From: Aureliella sp.
GTDB lineage: Bacteria > Planctomycetota > Planctomycetia > Pirellulales > Pirellulaceae
Direction of reading: 5' to 3'
NCBI GenBank assembly: GCA_963691875.1
Contig: OY829846.1
Span: 2,976,001 to 3,040,000, forward strand
DNA: 64,000 nucleotides
Position numbers and translations under genes: made by a program. The notes beneath the pieces are model-generated. The model searched no databases. It worked only from the letters and a program-made list of their open reading frames with translations, and was not told the origin of the DNA. Positions 20,514 through 30,960 of the stretch are shown here, one piece after another. Positions within the stretch are counted from its first letter, which is position 1, and each line of letters opens with the position of its first letter.

Positions 20514-20699
20514 CTAGCTGGATAGTTCGGCCAGATACTTGCGGCGTTTTCGGTGGCCCCGGAGCTTTGCTCGGTAAAAGCTGTCTACGCTCATTCCTAG
20601 CTCTTCGACGACACAGGTTGCACGCAGCCCGTCAAGCGTTGTCTGGCGGAAGGCGGTCCAGGTCTGGCGTCTGATTTCGGCGGAGACCTGCTCTATCAC
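20514..20699 (-). pseudogene. Remnant of an ECF sigma factor (region 4 only)
   Basis: QTWTAFRQTTLDG...VVEELGMSVDSFYRAK resembles region 4 of planctomycete ECF sigma factors (TWxAF..G...VAxELGMS..VYxAK); no region 2 found upstream. Confidence 0.55.
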
Positions 20700-20877
20700 T
20701 TGATGTACGCTGAGGCAGTGAATCGAGTCAGGACAAATGCACGACTCGAGTTCTTAAAGCCGGATCCATCAACCGCACCGCATCCAGCAACTTGAAGGAA
20801 AGTATCGGATGCTCAGGGTTGCTGCGATCATGTCGAAGATCTGGAATGAGAGAACTAAGGCGAGCGTCAGAAAGGCC

Positions 20878-22074
20878 TCAGGGCCGGATCGTAATGGTTT
20901 GGTTTGCTCGTTCCAGTTTCAAGCTAGCGTGCTGCCCAAACTGCATCAACAATTCGTCAACCTTGGCGTTCTTGATATCCAGCGAAATCCGTTGTTTCCT
21001 TTGTTCATCGGCTACGGCGGAGTCCCACTTCAATTTCAACCCCAAGCTACCAGCCAAGCTATTCAGAACGACTTCAACCGGCTCGTTCTTGACTTCAAAA
21101 CTATACACGCTGTTGGCAAACGCATTCTTCGGAGTGCCGCCGCCAGAAGCTGGCTGAGCTAACAAAGCCTGGTGCAAAGCCGTAGGACCGCTGACCAATG
21201 TCAATTCACCTCGGCGCGTCACTTTGCCTTTGTGCCGTCGCGCTAGCTTCGCCAAATCCGCGGTACGCCGCGCGATCGGCCCCAATGATTTTGATTCGTA
21301 GCTGCAGGACCAAGCACGCTCGGAACTCAACAATCGATAGCCAAGGGAGCTTTCTCTTTCGTTCCAAAATGGTTCTATTCCAAAGCCGCTACCAATCAGA
21401 ACCAGCTGAGTCGCTAGGGTACAGTTTTCGATAGTACCTTCATGCATCAGGTCGTGCGGCAACTTTGCTGAGACTGATATCGACCAAGAAGACTCGAGTT
21501 GCTGTACTAGACTCATAGGTGTTGCAAGCTCTTCCCATTGCAGGACTCGCATTTCGGTACGAGCCTGATTCGCATGTTTGCTAAGGGCATCGTGCAGTAC
21601 CACGTGTGCCCGCTGCAAACGTGGCAACGTGTTAGCCGGGCCAACGTACAGCACGCTCTCCAAGAGCCCCAGATCAAGCTCAAACTCCTTGCCAAGACGT
21701 TCGATGGCGGTTGCCAAAGTATCGCTTTGGTCCGTCTGCATTTTCAATAACTGATTGGGATCAATCCGACGATCAATCCACAGACTAAGCCGGTGTGACT
21801 TGGCCAATTCTTGCATGCCTTGACGCAAGGGTTTGTTTTGCCATAGCAGCGTCGTTGACTGATTCAGCTTGTTAATGGAAACACGCGCATTAGGCATGTC
21901 CAGCAGGTTGTATTCGAGCGAAGAGTTATTGTTGGCTAGTGCTGTCAAAGGCAAAAGGCTAAGCAGAATCAGTGCAGCAGGCTTGAAGATGGCTGAACTG
22001 ATGCCACCAAACCAAACCACATTGGCCACCTGTAGAAGTGTCCAACTCTGCTTTGAAATTCGATCTAGGTTCAT
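20878..22074 (-). CDS. Hypothetical exported protein with secretin/STN-like domains
   Basis: Hydrophobic N-region; motifs WIDRRIDP and EVKNEPVEVVLNSLA..RISLDIKNA; start uncertain. Confidence 0.6.
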   Translation of the reverse strand: MNLDRISKQSWTLLQVANVVWFGGISSAIFKPAALILLSLLPLTALANNNSSLEYNLLDMPNARVSINKLNQSTTLLWQNKPLRQGMQELAKSHRLSLWIDRRIDPNQLLKMQTDQSDTLATAIERLGKEFELDLGLLESVLYVGPANTLPRLQRAHVVLHDALSKHANQARTEMRVLQWEELATPMSLVQQLESSWSISVSAKLPHDLMHEGTIENCTLATQLVLIGSGFGIEPFWNERESSLGYRLLSSERAWSCSYESKSLGPIARRTADLAKLARRHKGKVTRRGELTLVSGPTALHQALLAQPASGGGTPKNAFANSVYSFEVKNEPVEVVLNSLAGSLGLKLKWDSAVADEQRKQRISLDIKNAKVDELLMQFGQHASLKLERANQTITIRP

Positions 22075-22494
22075 GCCGCCCGATTGCCTTTTGGCTAGCA
22101 ATTCATCTGTCTGCCGCGTTTGGCCAAGCCGAAGAATCATGTCGTAAAGCCCTTTGACAGGTCTTAGCCGGCTTTTGCTTGCTTCCACTACCTTCATCAT
22201 ACCACAGCGTTACGTTTCACTTTGCGCAGATTAAAGAGAATACACGGACGAAAGCTACCAAAGCCCAGATCGAAAATATTCCTTCAACAGCCGCTGCCGC
22301 TGGACAAAGAATTGCTCTGCTAGGCTTCGAGATTATACTGAAGCGAGCTTTCCTGGATGAAACTTCTACAGGATTCATTCTTTTGGCGAGAATGGCAAAC
22401 ATTATCCAGCCCGGGTGCGAAAAACAGATCAAATCGATCGCTTCAGAAATACCCGCTGGTAGACCGCGAGAGAACTTAGCAACTGGATGTCCAA

Positions 22495-23157
22495 GTGGGC
22501 CAAAGAGCAACTCGATACTCACAGCTTCTTCGCTTCTACCATACCTATCTGCGAGAGGGCGATACGCCTTGTTTCATCCGTTCGGTGGCTCAGTCCTACA
22601 CGCTTGGTTCGCTGGAACGTCTGATACTGTCGGGCGATAAGCACACTAGGCGAGCTTCAGCCATAGCTCTGGGCTTGATCGGCGATATCTCGAATATGCC
22701 AACGCTAGGCCGGTTGCTTTCTCATCCCGACCGCAAGCTCCGCTTGGTAGTTGATGATGCAGTTCGAAGCATTGCGGCCCGCGAAGGCACACCCTACCAA
22801 CGACAGCAGCTGGAGTTGATCGTTCGAGCCAACGAGTGTGGACAGTTCGAGGACTCGATCGAAATGGCAACCGAATCGGTTGAAGGTGGCGACAGCAGTG
22901 CGGAAATCTTTCACCAGCGTTCCTTGGCGTTTTTCCAGAGTGACGCAATCGAGCTCGCGATCGAGGATTGCCATCAAGTCCTGAAGCTCAATGAGTTTCA
23001 CTACGGAGCGATGGTTGGACTCGGGCACTGCCACTTGGAGCTCGGTGATTTGCTCGAAGCGCTGAACTGGTTCCGCAATGCCTTAATTGTGTTCCCGGAC
23101 CTGGAACCTGTACGTATGCAAGTCCGACAACTTGAAAAAGCAATTCAAGAGCTGTAG
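22495..23157 (+). CDS. HEAT-repeat plus TPR protein
   Basis: RRASAIALGLIG HEAT-like repeat followed by TPR motifs (AIEDCHQVLKLNEFHYGAMVGLGHCHL). Confidence 0.8.
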   Translation: MGQRATRYSQLLRFYHTYLREGDTPCFIRSVAQSYTLGSLERLILSGDKHTRRASAIALGLIGDISNMPTLGRLLSHPDRKLRLVVDDAVRSIAAREGTPYQRQQLELIVRANECGQFEDSIEMATESVEGGDSSAEIFHQRSLAFFQSDAIELAIEDCHQVLKLNEFHYGAMVGLGHCHLELGDLLEALNWFRNALIVFPDLEPVRMQVRQLEKAIQEL

Positions 23158-23213
23158 GTGGCCTTTGCGAGCGAATTCAGTCACACTGGCTTGCGTCAAG
23201 TACTTTTGAACCC

Positions 23214-24671
23214 CTAAAAATCTCGAAACGGCCCGCGTGGTTTTGCCCCCTCCATCTTTGCAAGCCAATTCTCATAGCGTGCTTGCACCATCTTCAGTAT
23301 CTCCGGCTTTATTTTAGACAGATCAACCTTCTCACCGATATCTTTTGATAGATCGAACAATCCACCAGCTTCGCCGCCCATATCGACCCACTTCCAGTTG
23401 TCGACTCGCGCCCCGACCAGCTTCTTTCGTTTCCAAAACATCTCGTGACGTGGCGATTCGGTCTCGCCTCGCAGCACATCCCACCAATCGAAGCCATCCA
23501 ACACGACACCTTCTGGCGGCTGAGCTCCGATTGCCGCAACAAGACTTGGAAAGATCTCAAGACTCGTCAGAAATTCATCGTTGACTTTGCCAGCCGGAAT
23601 ATCGCCTCCTGGCCAGCGAACCAAGCAAGGCACCCGAATACCGCCTTCCCAAGTCTGCGACTTGCGTCCACGCAGCGGCGAGTTGTCGGCACCTCCGCTT
23701 CCACCGTTATCCGACAAGAAGATGACGATCGTGTCGTCAAGGATTCCTTTCTCCTCCAGAGCGTCTAGCATCTTCCCGATCGCCGCATCCATACAAGTCA
23801 CCGCCGCTCGGTAGTTGCGTGTCCGCGCTTCTTTCGTGGTGACTTTGGCGGGTGCAGCGTAGCGAAACTGCTCTACTTCACGATACTCTTTCTCGACAGG
23901 CGGATACATGGCCTTGAACTCTTCAGGAGCTTGCACTGACGACCGAATCTTCGGCTCCAAGGCAGAGGAGTTGTGCGGTGCATTGAAGGGGACGTACAAA
24001 AAGAATGGCTCTTTGCCTGCGTGGTTCTCAAGAAAGCGAATCGCCTCCCGCTCAAACAAATAGGTGCAGTACGTTCCCTTGTCTTCTTCCGTCGGCTCGA
24101 GGTTCCGAACCATACTTGGCACGCCGTAGCGCTCGTGTGTGTAGTAGTCGATGCCTGTATTGACGAAGCCGTAAAACTCATCAAAACCACGTGAAGTAGG
24201 CAAAAATCGCTTCAACGTCCCTAAGTCCCATTTGCCAAAGATACCACTGCGATATCCTCTCTCCTTCAAAACGTGCGGAAGAATGATCTCTCGCAGATCC
24301 ATGCCTCCGATTCTCTCGAATGTTACCGCGTACTCTTCAGCAGAATACTTCTTGCCATAATCCGGCGCCTCATTGCGGATCATGTCATAGATACCATTGC
24401 GTTGCGGATACCGGCCCGTTAGAAGGCTCGCCCGCGAAGGCGTACACGCTGGCCATGAAACGTAGAAATTGGTCAGCCTCGTTCCCTCTCGAGTCAGGCG
24501 ATCCAGTGCAGGCGTGATGATTCCGTTGCCCAACGATCCTAAGTCGTTGTAGCCCTGATCATCCGAAACTATCAGCAAGATATTAGGCCGCTCCTCGGCG
24601 ACGCAGGCAGTAGCCAACGCCAACGCCCAGATTAGCAGGCAGCAAACAATCGAAGGATAACGCATATGCAT
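23214..24671 (-). CDS. Formylglycine-dependent (S1) sulfatase, exported
   Basis: RPNILLIVSDDQG, CTPSRASLLTGR, GKWDLG, SDNG and EGGIRVP; signal peptide. Confidence 0.95.
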   Translation of the reverse strand: MHMRYPSIVCCLLIWALALATACVAEERPNILLIVSDDQGYNDLGSLGNGIITPALDRLTREGTRLTNFYVSWPACTPSRASLLTGRYPQRNGIYDMIRNEAPDYGKKYSAEEYAVTFERIGGMDLREIILPHVLKERGYRSGIFGKWDLGTLKRFLPTSRGFDEFYGFVNTGIDYYTHERYGVPSMVRNLEPTEEDKGTYCTYLFEREAIRFLENHAGKEPFFLYVPFNAPHNSSALEPKIRSSVQAPEEFKAMYPPVEKEYREVEQFRYAAPAKVTTKEARTRNYRAAVTCMDAAIGKMLDALEEKGILDDTIVIFLSDNGGSGGADNSPLRGRKSQTWEGGIRVPCLVRWPGGDIPAGKVNDEFLTSLEIFPSLVAAIGAQPPEGVVLDGFDWWDVLRGETESPRHEMFWKRKKLVGARVDNWKWVDMGGEAGGLFDLSKDIGEKVDLSKIKPEILKMVQARYENWLAKMEGAKPRGPFRDF

Positions 24672-24812
24672 AAACTTGTTCTCAGACGCGTCTTAAATTG
24701 ATCTTCTTTCGGATTATCATACCCCCTCGAAAGCGGACAAATAGGTGACGAAACACCCCACAGCGTCAACTCCAGCGCCGAGATTGCGGTTTCTACCTTC
24801 TCGTCGGCGAGA

Positions 24813-26864
24813 TCAGTTAATTGCCCAAGTGGTTTTCGCGCGGGCTTTTTCAACTCGTATTGTCAGCGTGAAGGGATGGCTGCCTTGGGCCAGCATGCGT
24901 GGAGAGCTGCTGGCTTTTCCGCTTTCTCTTAAATCGATTAGATGGCCTTCGTGTAATCGCATGAAGCATGGCGAGTCAGAGCTGAGATCAATCACCTTGG
25001 CCCCCTCGGTTCCGACTCTGAAACTTCCTGTGATCTGATAAACACCTGGACGCGGTGCGACGAAAGTGAGCTGACCATGTGTATTGAGTTTGATGCGGTC
25101 GGCAATAGTCTCAGACTCTCCCGTTAGGGTCGATACGTAGGAGACGAGCTTTGGCAAATCGACACGATGAACTTCATAGCTGGATCCTAATTGGCCTGAA
25201 GCCGGGATAGCAGCCGAATCGTAAGGTCGCTTTGCCGAGTCGTTGGGGCTGCGGACTTGAAGGACTCTGTCTTTCATCTGAGCCTGCAAGCGACTCATTG
25301 CTTGGGAAGTTCCAGCCAGGTTGTTGGCTTCGTCTACGTCCTTTTCGACTTCGTAGATTTCAAAGTCGTCCTCAGCGGACTTGATGTTGTAACGAACGCC
25401 TTTGTACAAGGCTCCGTCTTCCCCGGTCAAGCGGATGACTTGCATCTGTTTCCGAGGCTTTGATCTCCGGTTTGCACCGAAGTCGCCATAGTTCGGCGTC
25501 TTACCTCCATTTTCATACTCGATGTAGATCAAGCCTTCTAGTTGTTCGCCCTCGCCCGTCAGAGTAGGTAGCAAGGAGACTCCGTCGCATCGAGCCGGCG
25601 TTGGCACCTGAGCCACGTCACATAGCGTTGCCATCCAGTCGTGAAACTGAGACGGTCTATTATCGATTTGGTTGGCAGCGATCTTACCCTTCCACCAAGC
25701 TAAAGTTGGCATCCGAATGCCGCCCTCCCAGCAATCTCGTTTGGTACCATCAAAAGGACCGTAGGACTGGAAAGCTTGTGGTGTGTAGCTAGCGGAGCCC
25801 CATTTCTCGCCCGCCAAATACGCTTCGTGGTGCGGTCCGTTGTCATTGGTGAAAATGACGAGCGTGTTCTCAGCAAGTCCCAGCTGCTCGAGCGTTGCGT
25901 TTAAATCTCCAACGGCCGAATCGATACGTCTGACCATCGTTGCGAATCGCTTTTCGACATCTTTCCATGGCTTTTCGGCATATTCGGGATGAATGAAAGA
26001 ATCGACTTCTCCCTTGGCTGAATTGATCGCCGGTTGAGCGATCGAGTTCGGGTCGGTGCCGCCAGTCCACTGAAGCCCGCCTTCGACACCGCTTCCGGCC
26101 GGATAAGGAACCGCAGGGATTTGCAACGCAGCATGTGGCGTGTCGTAGTTCAGCATCAGAAAAAAGGGCTGATCGCTTCGCTGCTCAACATGCGTCTTCA
26201 AAAAGTGTTTGGCGCGTGCTGTAAAGAGATCTGTCGTGTAGCACTTCGAGAGCGACTCGCTAATCTCATAATCGCCTGACGCATCGGAATGCCACAAATC
26301 CGGAACGCCCTTGTGCCCGTCGTTTGCCAACTTCCAAGGATCATTGGGATAGTGCAAATGCCCGGCATAGTGACTGACATAGCCAAAGAACTCATCAAAG
26401 CCTCGCTTGGTGGGATACGAGGGCCAGTCGTCTGGTGTGCCAGTTTGTTGCTTTCCCTTTGGGCCGCCTTGCAATCCGTATTTGCCAATCATGCAAGTTC
26501 GGTATCCTGCCTCGCGAAGAACCGAACCCAGTGTATGATTATCCTCCAGTTCTTTATCGAACTGATTGTTTCGGACAACTGCGTTACCTTGGTGCACTCC
26601 CGTCAGTAGCGAAGAACGGCTCGGTGCGCAGACCGGTGCAGGGCAGTAATGAGCCCGCATTTGGATACCGGCGGCAGCCAGCCGATCGAGCTGCGGAGTG
26701 CGGTGCGTTTTTTCGTGCTGCGAGTTGTTCTGATAAAACACTCCCAGATCACCCCAGCCAAGATCGTCGGTGAAGATAAAGACGATATTGGGTTGCTTGC
26801 CAGCCAGGCCAGCATTGAAGAAGACGACGCATAGCAGGCATAGATAGCTGGAGCGGAATTTCAT
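24813..26864 (-). CDS. Formylglycine-dependent (S1) sulfatase with a C-terminal extra domain
   Basis: PNIVFIFTDDLGWGD, CAPSRSSLLTG, NDNGPH and EGGIRMP; start placed at ATG 26864. Confidence 0.94.
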   Translation of the reverse strand: MKFRSSYLCLLCVVFFNAGLAGKQPNIVFIFTDDLGWGDLGVFYQNNSQHEKTHRTPQLDRLAAAGIQMRAHYCPAPVCAPSRSSLLTGVHQGNAVVRNNQFDKELEDNHTLGSVLREAGYRTCMIGKYGLQGGPKGKQQTGTPDDWPSYPTKRGFDEFFGYVSHYAGHLHYPNDPWKLANDGHKGVPDLWHSDASGDYEISESLSKCYTTDLFTARAKHFLKTHVEQRSDQPFFLMLNYDTPHAALQIPAVPYPAGSGVEGGLQWTGGTDPNSIAQPAINSAKGEVDSFIHPEYAEKPWKDVEKRFATMVRRIDSAVGDLNATLEQLGLAENTLVIFTNDNGPHHEAYLAGEKWGSASYTPQAFQSYGPFDGTKRDCWEGGIRMPTLAWWKGKIAANQIDNRPSQFHDWMATLCDVAQVPTPARCDGVSLLPTLTGEGEQLEGLIYIEYENGGKTPNYGDFGANRRSKPRKQMQVIRLTGEDGALYKGVRYNIKSAEDDFEIYEVEKDVDEANNLAGTSQAMSRLQAQMKDRVLQVRSPNDSAKRPYDSAAIPASGQLGSSYEVHRVDLPKLVSYVSTLTGESETIADRIKLNTHGQLTFVAPRPGVYQITGSFRVGTEGAKVIDLSSDSPCFMRLHEGHLIDLRESGKASSSPRMLAQGSHPFTLTIRVEKARAKTTWAIN

Positions 26865-27177
26865 CTGTCGTTTTGCTTTCATGATGCGAAGCGAGAATGG
26901 CTCGTGGGTTAGACTAGGCGATTCACGGGTCTGGTTGCACTGAGCTGCCCACGTCTCCTGTTCCAAGTATCTGCTCATCAGCAGCAATTCCGATTAAATC
27001 CGGAACTGCACACCAAAGAACTGGCGGCCCACAGAGCTATGCGTCTTGGATTATGGTTTCCGCGTTCGAGTTTTCAACGATTACACTGACAAAACGTGCA
27101 ACGCTGGCAGGTTGAGAGAGGATTTTCTTCGTGATAACCTGCTGGTCGTCAATCAAACCCCTCTCAGGAGACAAGGT

Positions 27178-27924
27178 GTGCGTGGGTATTCAAACCTGAT
27201 CCGTTTCGTCCTATGTACGGCGACACTGGCTACTAACGGCTTGAATTCATTTGCCCAGGAAGCGAATTCAGCTAGCGAACCTGCCAAGCAAACTGCTCAT
27301 AGGTTTGCCGTCAAAGTCGATCTTAACTATCTGTTGTATCTACCCAAAGAGTACCAGAAGGCGGAGGCTAAGAAATGGCCGCTTGTTGTCTTTCTTCATG
27401 GCGCAGGCGAACGCGGTTCTGACATCAAGAAAGTCAAATCTTGGGGACCACCTCGGCTCGTCGAAAAGGGCAAAGACTTTCCGTTCGTGATGATCGCTCC
27501 GCAATGTCCAAATGGCGGGTTCTGGAACATCGATCATCTACTGCAATTGATTAAGTCGACCATCAAGGAACACAACATTGATGAGGATCGAGTTTACTTG
27601 ACCGGCCTCAGCATGGGTGGCTATGGCAGCTGGGCGCTGGCGGCCACAGCACCCGAGATGTTCGCTGCGGTTGCACCAATTTGTGGAGGTGGGGATCCAC
27701 AAACAGCATCCAAGCTTAAGGATCTGCCGATCTGGGTTTTCCACGGAGACACCGACCGAGTTGTTCCGATTTCGGGAAGCCAAAAAATGGTCGACGCAAT
27801 CAAGGACGCGGGAGGAGAAAAGGTCAAATTTACAATTTACCAAGGCGTTGGTCACAACAGCTGGACGGCGACCTACGAGAATGAGCTGCTATACGAGTGG
27901 TTCTTGAAGAACAAGAGAGAATAA
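27178..27924 (+). CDS. Exported alpha/beta hydrolase (predicted peptidase/esterase)
   Basis: PLVVFLHGAGERG, RVYLTGLSMGGYG, WVFHGDTD and GHNSW; GTG start after AGGAG. Confidence 0.9.
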   Translation: MRGYSNLIRFVLCTATLATNGLNSFAQEANSASEPAKQTAHRFAVKVDLNYLLYLPKEYQKAEAKKWPLVVFLHGAGERGSDIKKVKSWGPPRLVEKGKDFPFVMIAPQCPNGGFWNIDHLLQLIKSTIKEHNIDEDRVYLTGLSMGGYGSWALAATAPEMFAAVAPICGGGDPQTASKLKDLPIWVFHGDTDRVVPISGSQKMVDAIKDAGGEKVKFTIYQGVGHNSWTATYENELLYEWFLKNKRE

Positions 27925-28018
27925 AGCCCTGGCGGGTTGCCGTTTCTGGCAACAGATCAGGTGCACAGTAATGAATAGCTTGGCACTCACAATTTTTGCT
28001 TGCAGCTACACGCGGCAT

Positions 28019-28246
28019 TTAAAGATCTGACGGCAACTGCTCCAGCACCTCTTCATGCTTAGGGAATCGCCCCGTGTGATGCTTGCTGTAGATCAGCTTG
28101 CCCTCCACCTCCACATCGAAGACCCCACCTTTGCCCTCGATCAGTAGAGCCTCGACTCCGGTCGATTGGAGAATCCTAGCGGCCAAACTGGTCGCTTGTG
28201 GTTTGTAGTTTCACATTACGCAATAGGTAATTTTGATTTGCAGCAT
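28019..28246 (-). CDS. SelW/SelT/SelH (Rdx family) selenoprotein, 75 aa, Sec at codon 12
   Basis: Manual translation MLQIKITYCVM-U-NYKPQATSLAARILQSTGVEALLIEGKGGVFDVEVEGKLIYSKHHTGRFPKHEEVLEQLPSDL. The YCxxU, GxGGxFDV and IYSK..GRFP motifs are Rdx hallmarks; the TGA lies at 28211-28213. Confidence 0.9.
28178..28196 (-). promoter_or_regulatory. Candidate bacterial SECIS hairpin
   Basis: AGCG-A-CCA-GTT-TGG-C-CGCT begins 14 nt after the UGA and has G in the apical loop. Confidence 0.7.
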
Positions 28247-28337
28247 GTCGACTTTGAAGGAGAAGAGAAGGCGAGTCGAGAGTTCTAAGCCTTGGAAGAA
28301 GGGGAGCCAACCTGTCCAGCAAGACATTGCAGGGCTG

Positions 28338-28456
28338 ATCAAAGTTTCATGCTGGGCCAACTTTCAATTTCAGCCGCATTGGGGTTAGCCACCGCTTATG
28401 GCGAGAGAACCGTCGCTAACGCGATACCGCTAGATTGAAACTTTGATTGGCCCAGC
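28338..28456. repeat. Nested degenerate inverted repeat (REP-like)
   Basis: Perfect GCTGGGCCAA (28351-28360)/TTGGCCCAGC (28447-28456); ATCAAAGTTTCA/TGAAACTTTGAT; inner GTTAGCCACC../..CGTCGCTAAC. Confidence 0.65.
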
Positions 28457-28825
28457 TTCGGCCTTCCCAACAAGAAATACCACGCGGAGGCGCGGAGAGC
28501 GAGAGTGTAGTTACTTCAAAATTGAACATTCGTTGTTCGGTATTCGATATTCGTTTTCCTCTTTACAACGTTGTTTTTTGAGTAAGTAAGATTCCATCTT
28601 GCCAAGAGCAATCAACTGGATAGTCGGACGATCTGCATCCTGCAATGAAGAGTCGCGAAGAGGCAAAGAATTTCGAGCGAGGCTTCCCGTCAGACCGAGC
28701 TTTTTCCTATAACACTGGATTCTAAGTGAGCTTAGAATGTCCATTGTCGGAATGCAGCTAAAAGCATTTAGCCAACACTTGCTGCTTGCGTCACGTATCC
28801 GCCACCATCACCGAAGACCGCTTTC

Positions 28826-29770
28826 TTGGCTCTCAAGGCACTTATAACCGGAATTACTGGACAGGACGGAAGCTATCTGGCGGACTTGCTGCTTCGAAAG
28901 GGCTACGAAGTCTTCGGTACTTCACGGAATGCTGGCTCTCAATTGCCATCTGCGGCAAACGTCTCAATCTTACCTCTCTCTGCTAGTCCCAATCTGACTT
29001 CGGATGTGGCAAAGATATTGGACGAAATCAAACCCGACGAAGTCTACCATTTGGCCGCCGATAGCTTCGTGCCGAATGGCTGGATCGATCCTCAGCAAAA
29101 CATGCTTGCCAACTACGGTTGGACTCTCGCTTTGCTAGAGGGAATCAGGCTGCACTGTCCTTCCTCGAAGTTTCTCAGCGCCTGTTCGCGCGAGGTTTTT
29201 GGTAGCTGCAGCGGATTGGCCAACGAGCAAACAGAAATGCGGCCCACCACGCCCTACGGTATCAACAAAGCAGCCTCGCGTTGGATGGTAGCAGCTTACC
29301 GCCGACAGTATGGTTTATTTGCAACCAGTGCAATACTCTTCAACCACGAATCACCGCGCCGTGGGCATCAATTCGTTACGAGAAAAGTTTCACGGGCTGT
29401 TGGTGCAATCGCGCGAGGTGAGCAAAACAAGCTGGAGTTGGGCAGTCTATCTGCCCAGCGAGACTGGGGCTTCGCTGGCGACTTTGTTGAAGCAATGTGG
29501 CGAATGCTTCAGATCGACTCCCCACAAGACTTTGTGCTTGGAACAGGTGTCACACACTCAATCAAACAGCTCGTCGAAGCTGCCTTTTCGGTAGCGGGAC
29601 TTGTTTGGCGCGACCACGTGGTTGGACATCCTGAGCAGGCCCGAAGCAATGATGATATCACGCTGGCTGCGGATATATCTTTGGCACGAGAAGTGCTAGA
29701 TTGGCAGCCTGAAGTTGACTTTCCGACGCTCGTACGTCAGATGGTGGAAGCCGACAGGAGTTGGAGCTAG
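28826..29770 (+). CDS. gmd: GDP-mannose 4,6-dehydratase-like NAD(P)-dependent dehydratase
   Basis: ALITGITGQDGSYLA, PDEVYHLAA, YGINK, ILFNHESPRRG, FVTRK and RDWG. Confidence 0.85.
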   Translation: MALKALITGITGQDGSYLADLLLRKGYEVFGTSRNAGSQLPSAANVSILPLSASPNLTSDVAKILDEIKPDEVYHLAADSFVPNGWIDPQQNMLANYGWTLALLEGIRLHCPSSKFLSACSREVFGSCSGLANEQTEMRPTTPYGINKAASRWMVAAYRRQYGLFATSAILFNHESPRRGHQFVTRKVSRAVGAIARGEQNKLELGSLSAQRDWGFAGDFVEAMWRMLQIDSPQDFVLGTGVTHSIKQLVEAAFSVAGLVWRDHVVGHPEQARSNDDITLAADISLAREVLDWQPEVDFPTLVRQMVEADRSWS

Positions 29771-29784
29771 AAGTCGCGAGCCCT

Positions 29785-30921
29785 CTAAGCGTCGCTTTCC
29801 CCGGGATTGTCTTCTCGCCCAGGCTCATCGTTTCGTGCATCGTCTGCTTCATCCGCGTCCGAAGCAAGGCCATTGAGTCCTTCGAACTCAGCGTCAAACT
29901 CAGCTTCGCAGGCGCGACACACATCGTTCGTAGAGAAATGCTGGATCATATCGCTCTGGGCAAGTTTGGGATGCACCTTGGCAGTAGGAAGAATATCTTC
30001 CATTAGCATTTTGTAGGTATCCAGCGCAGTAAAATGTTCGCAAACATCCAAGGCCACACACAGTCGCGCTAGTTGTGCTAGGATCGCAACCACGTAGCCT
30101 CGGGCTTCCTCCTCAGACTCGACATGCTCGGGACGAGGTAATTTGAGTGGCTTCTCGAACAGATAAGTGATGGGCTCGTCCTTGTTGCCTTCGACAATCT
30201 CATCCCACTGCTCGTACATTGCTTTGGTTTCAGGATCTATACCTGGGATTACTTCGTCCCAAGAGCGTCGCTCACCTCCGTCAATGAGAGAGTTACCAAG
30301 AGTGTCCTCAATACTGTTCTCGCCCAGCGAGTCTGCTACAAGGTTGTTCAGATTTTGATCAAACAGCCCGTAGGGATCTTCATTTTCGTCAGCCTCTTCC
30401 TCAAGGTCTTGGCTATCCGCTTCCAGTGCTGTGTCCTCGAAGCCAAAGTCAGAAAAGCCTTCGGAAGGATTCTCAGCTTGCTCTGCTTCGGTTGGCTCTG
30501 GCTCAGAAAGGTGTATGCGTAGATTTTGGAGCTCAGCCTCGATGGGGCCATCTTGGCTGAACCATCGAAGTACGACGAGATCTTGTGGTCGAACGTCGCC
30601 AGACTTGAGTGAAGCGGATTCTTCAGCAGATTCCAGTGTGACTTCTAGCCTTTGCTCGAGGCGAATTTCATCGACGACACCTATCTGATTCTCCGAGATA
30701 GCCAGAACGTGCTCGGGGAGATTTTCTGGAGCAGCGTCCAGGTCACTTGGTTCAGGTGCTTCAAATGCCAGATAATCCGTACCTAAGCTCTCTGAAAAAT
30801 TTCCAGTGAGCTCAAGTTGGATTTCGGATTCGGCCCCAAGCTGAATCCAGCCGTAGACCCGATTTCTTCGCGAATTTCGCAACTCGCCAGCGACAATAAA
30901 CTGTCCGATCCGAAGCGTCAT
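29785..30921 (-). CDS. Acidic hypothetical protein
   Basis: 378-aa ORF directly downstream of pyc; C-terminal Cys/His residues (CEH, CxxC). Confidence 0.75.
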   Translation of the reverse strand: MTLRIGQFIVAGELRNSRRNRVYGWIQLGAESEIQLELTGNFSESLGTDYLAFEAPEPSDLDAAPENLPEHVLAISENQIGVVDEIRLEQRLEVTLESAEESASLKSGDVRPQDLVVLRWFSQDGPIEAELQNLRIHLSEPEPTEAEQAENPSEGFSDFGFEDTALEADSQDLEEEADENEDPYGLFDQNLNNLVADSLGENSIEDTLGNSLIDGGERRSWDEVIPGIDPETKAMYEQWDEIVEGNKDEPITYLFEKPLKLPRPEHVESEEEARGYVVAILAQLARLCVALDVCEHFTALDTYKMLMEDILPTAKVHPKLAQSDMIQHFSTNDVCRACEAEFDAEFEGLNGLASDADEADDARNDEPGREDNPGESDA

Positions 30922-30960
30922 ACTTTAGAACTCAGGGGTAAAACTTCCTACGCCGTAATT

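Noticed and set aside
28511..28744. 77-aa minus-strand ORF with a TATTCG-like repeated tail
   Set aside because: No recognisable domain; the tail derives from short intergenic repeats (ATTCGTTGTTCGGTATTCGATATTCG).
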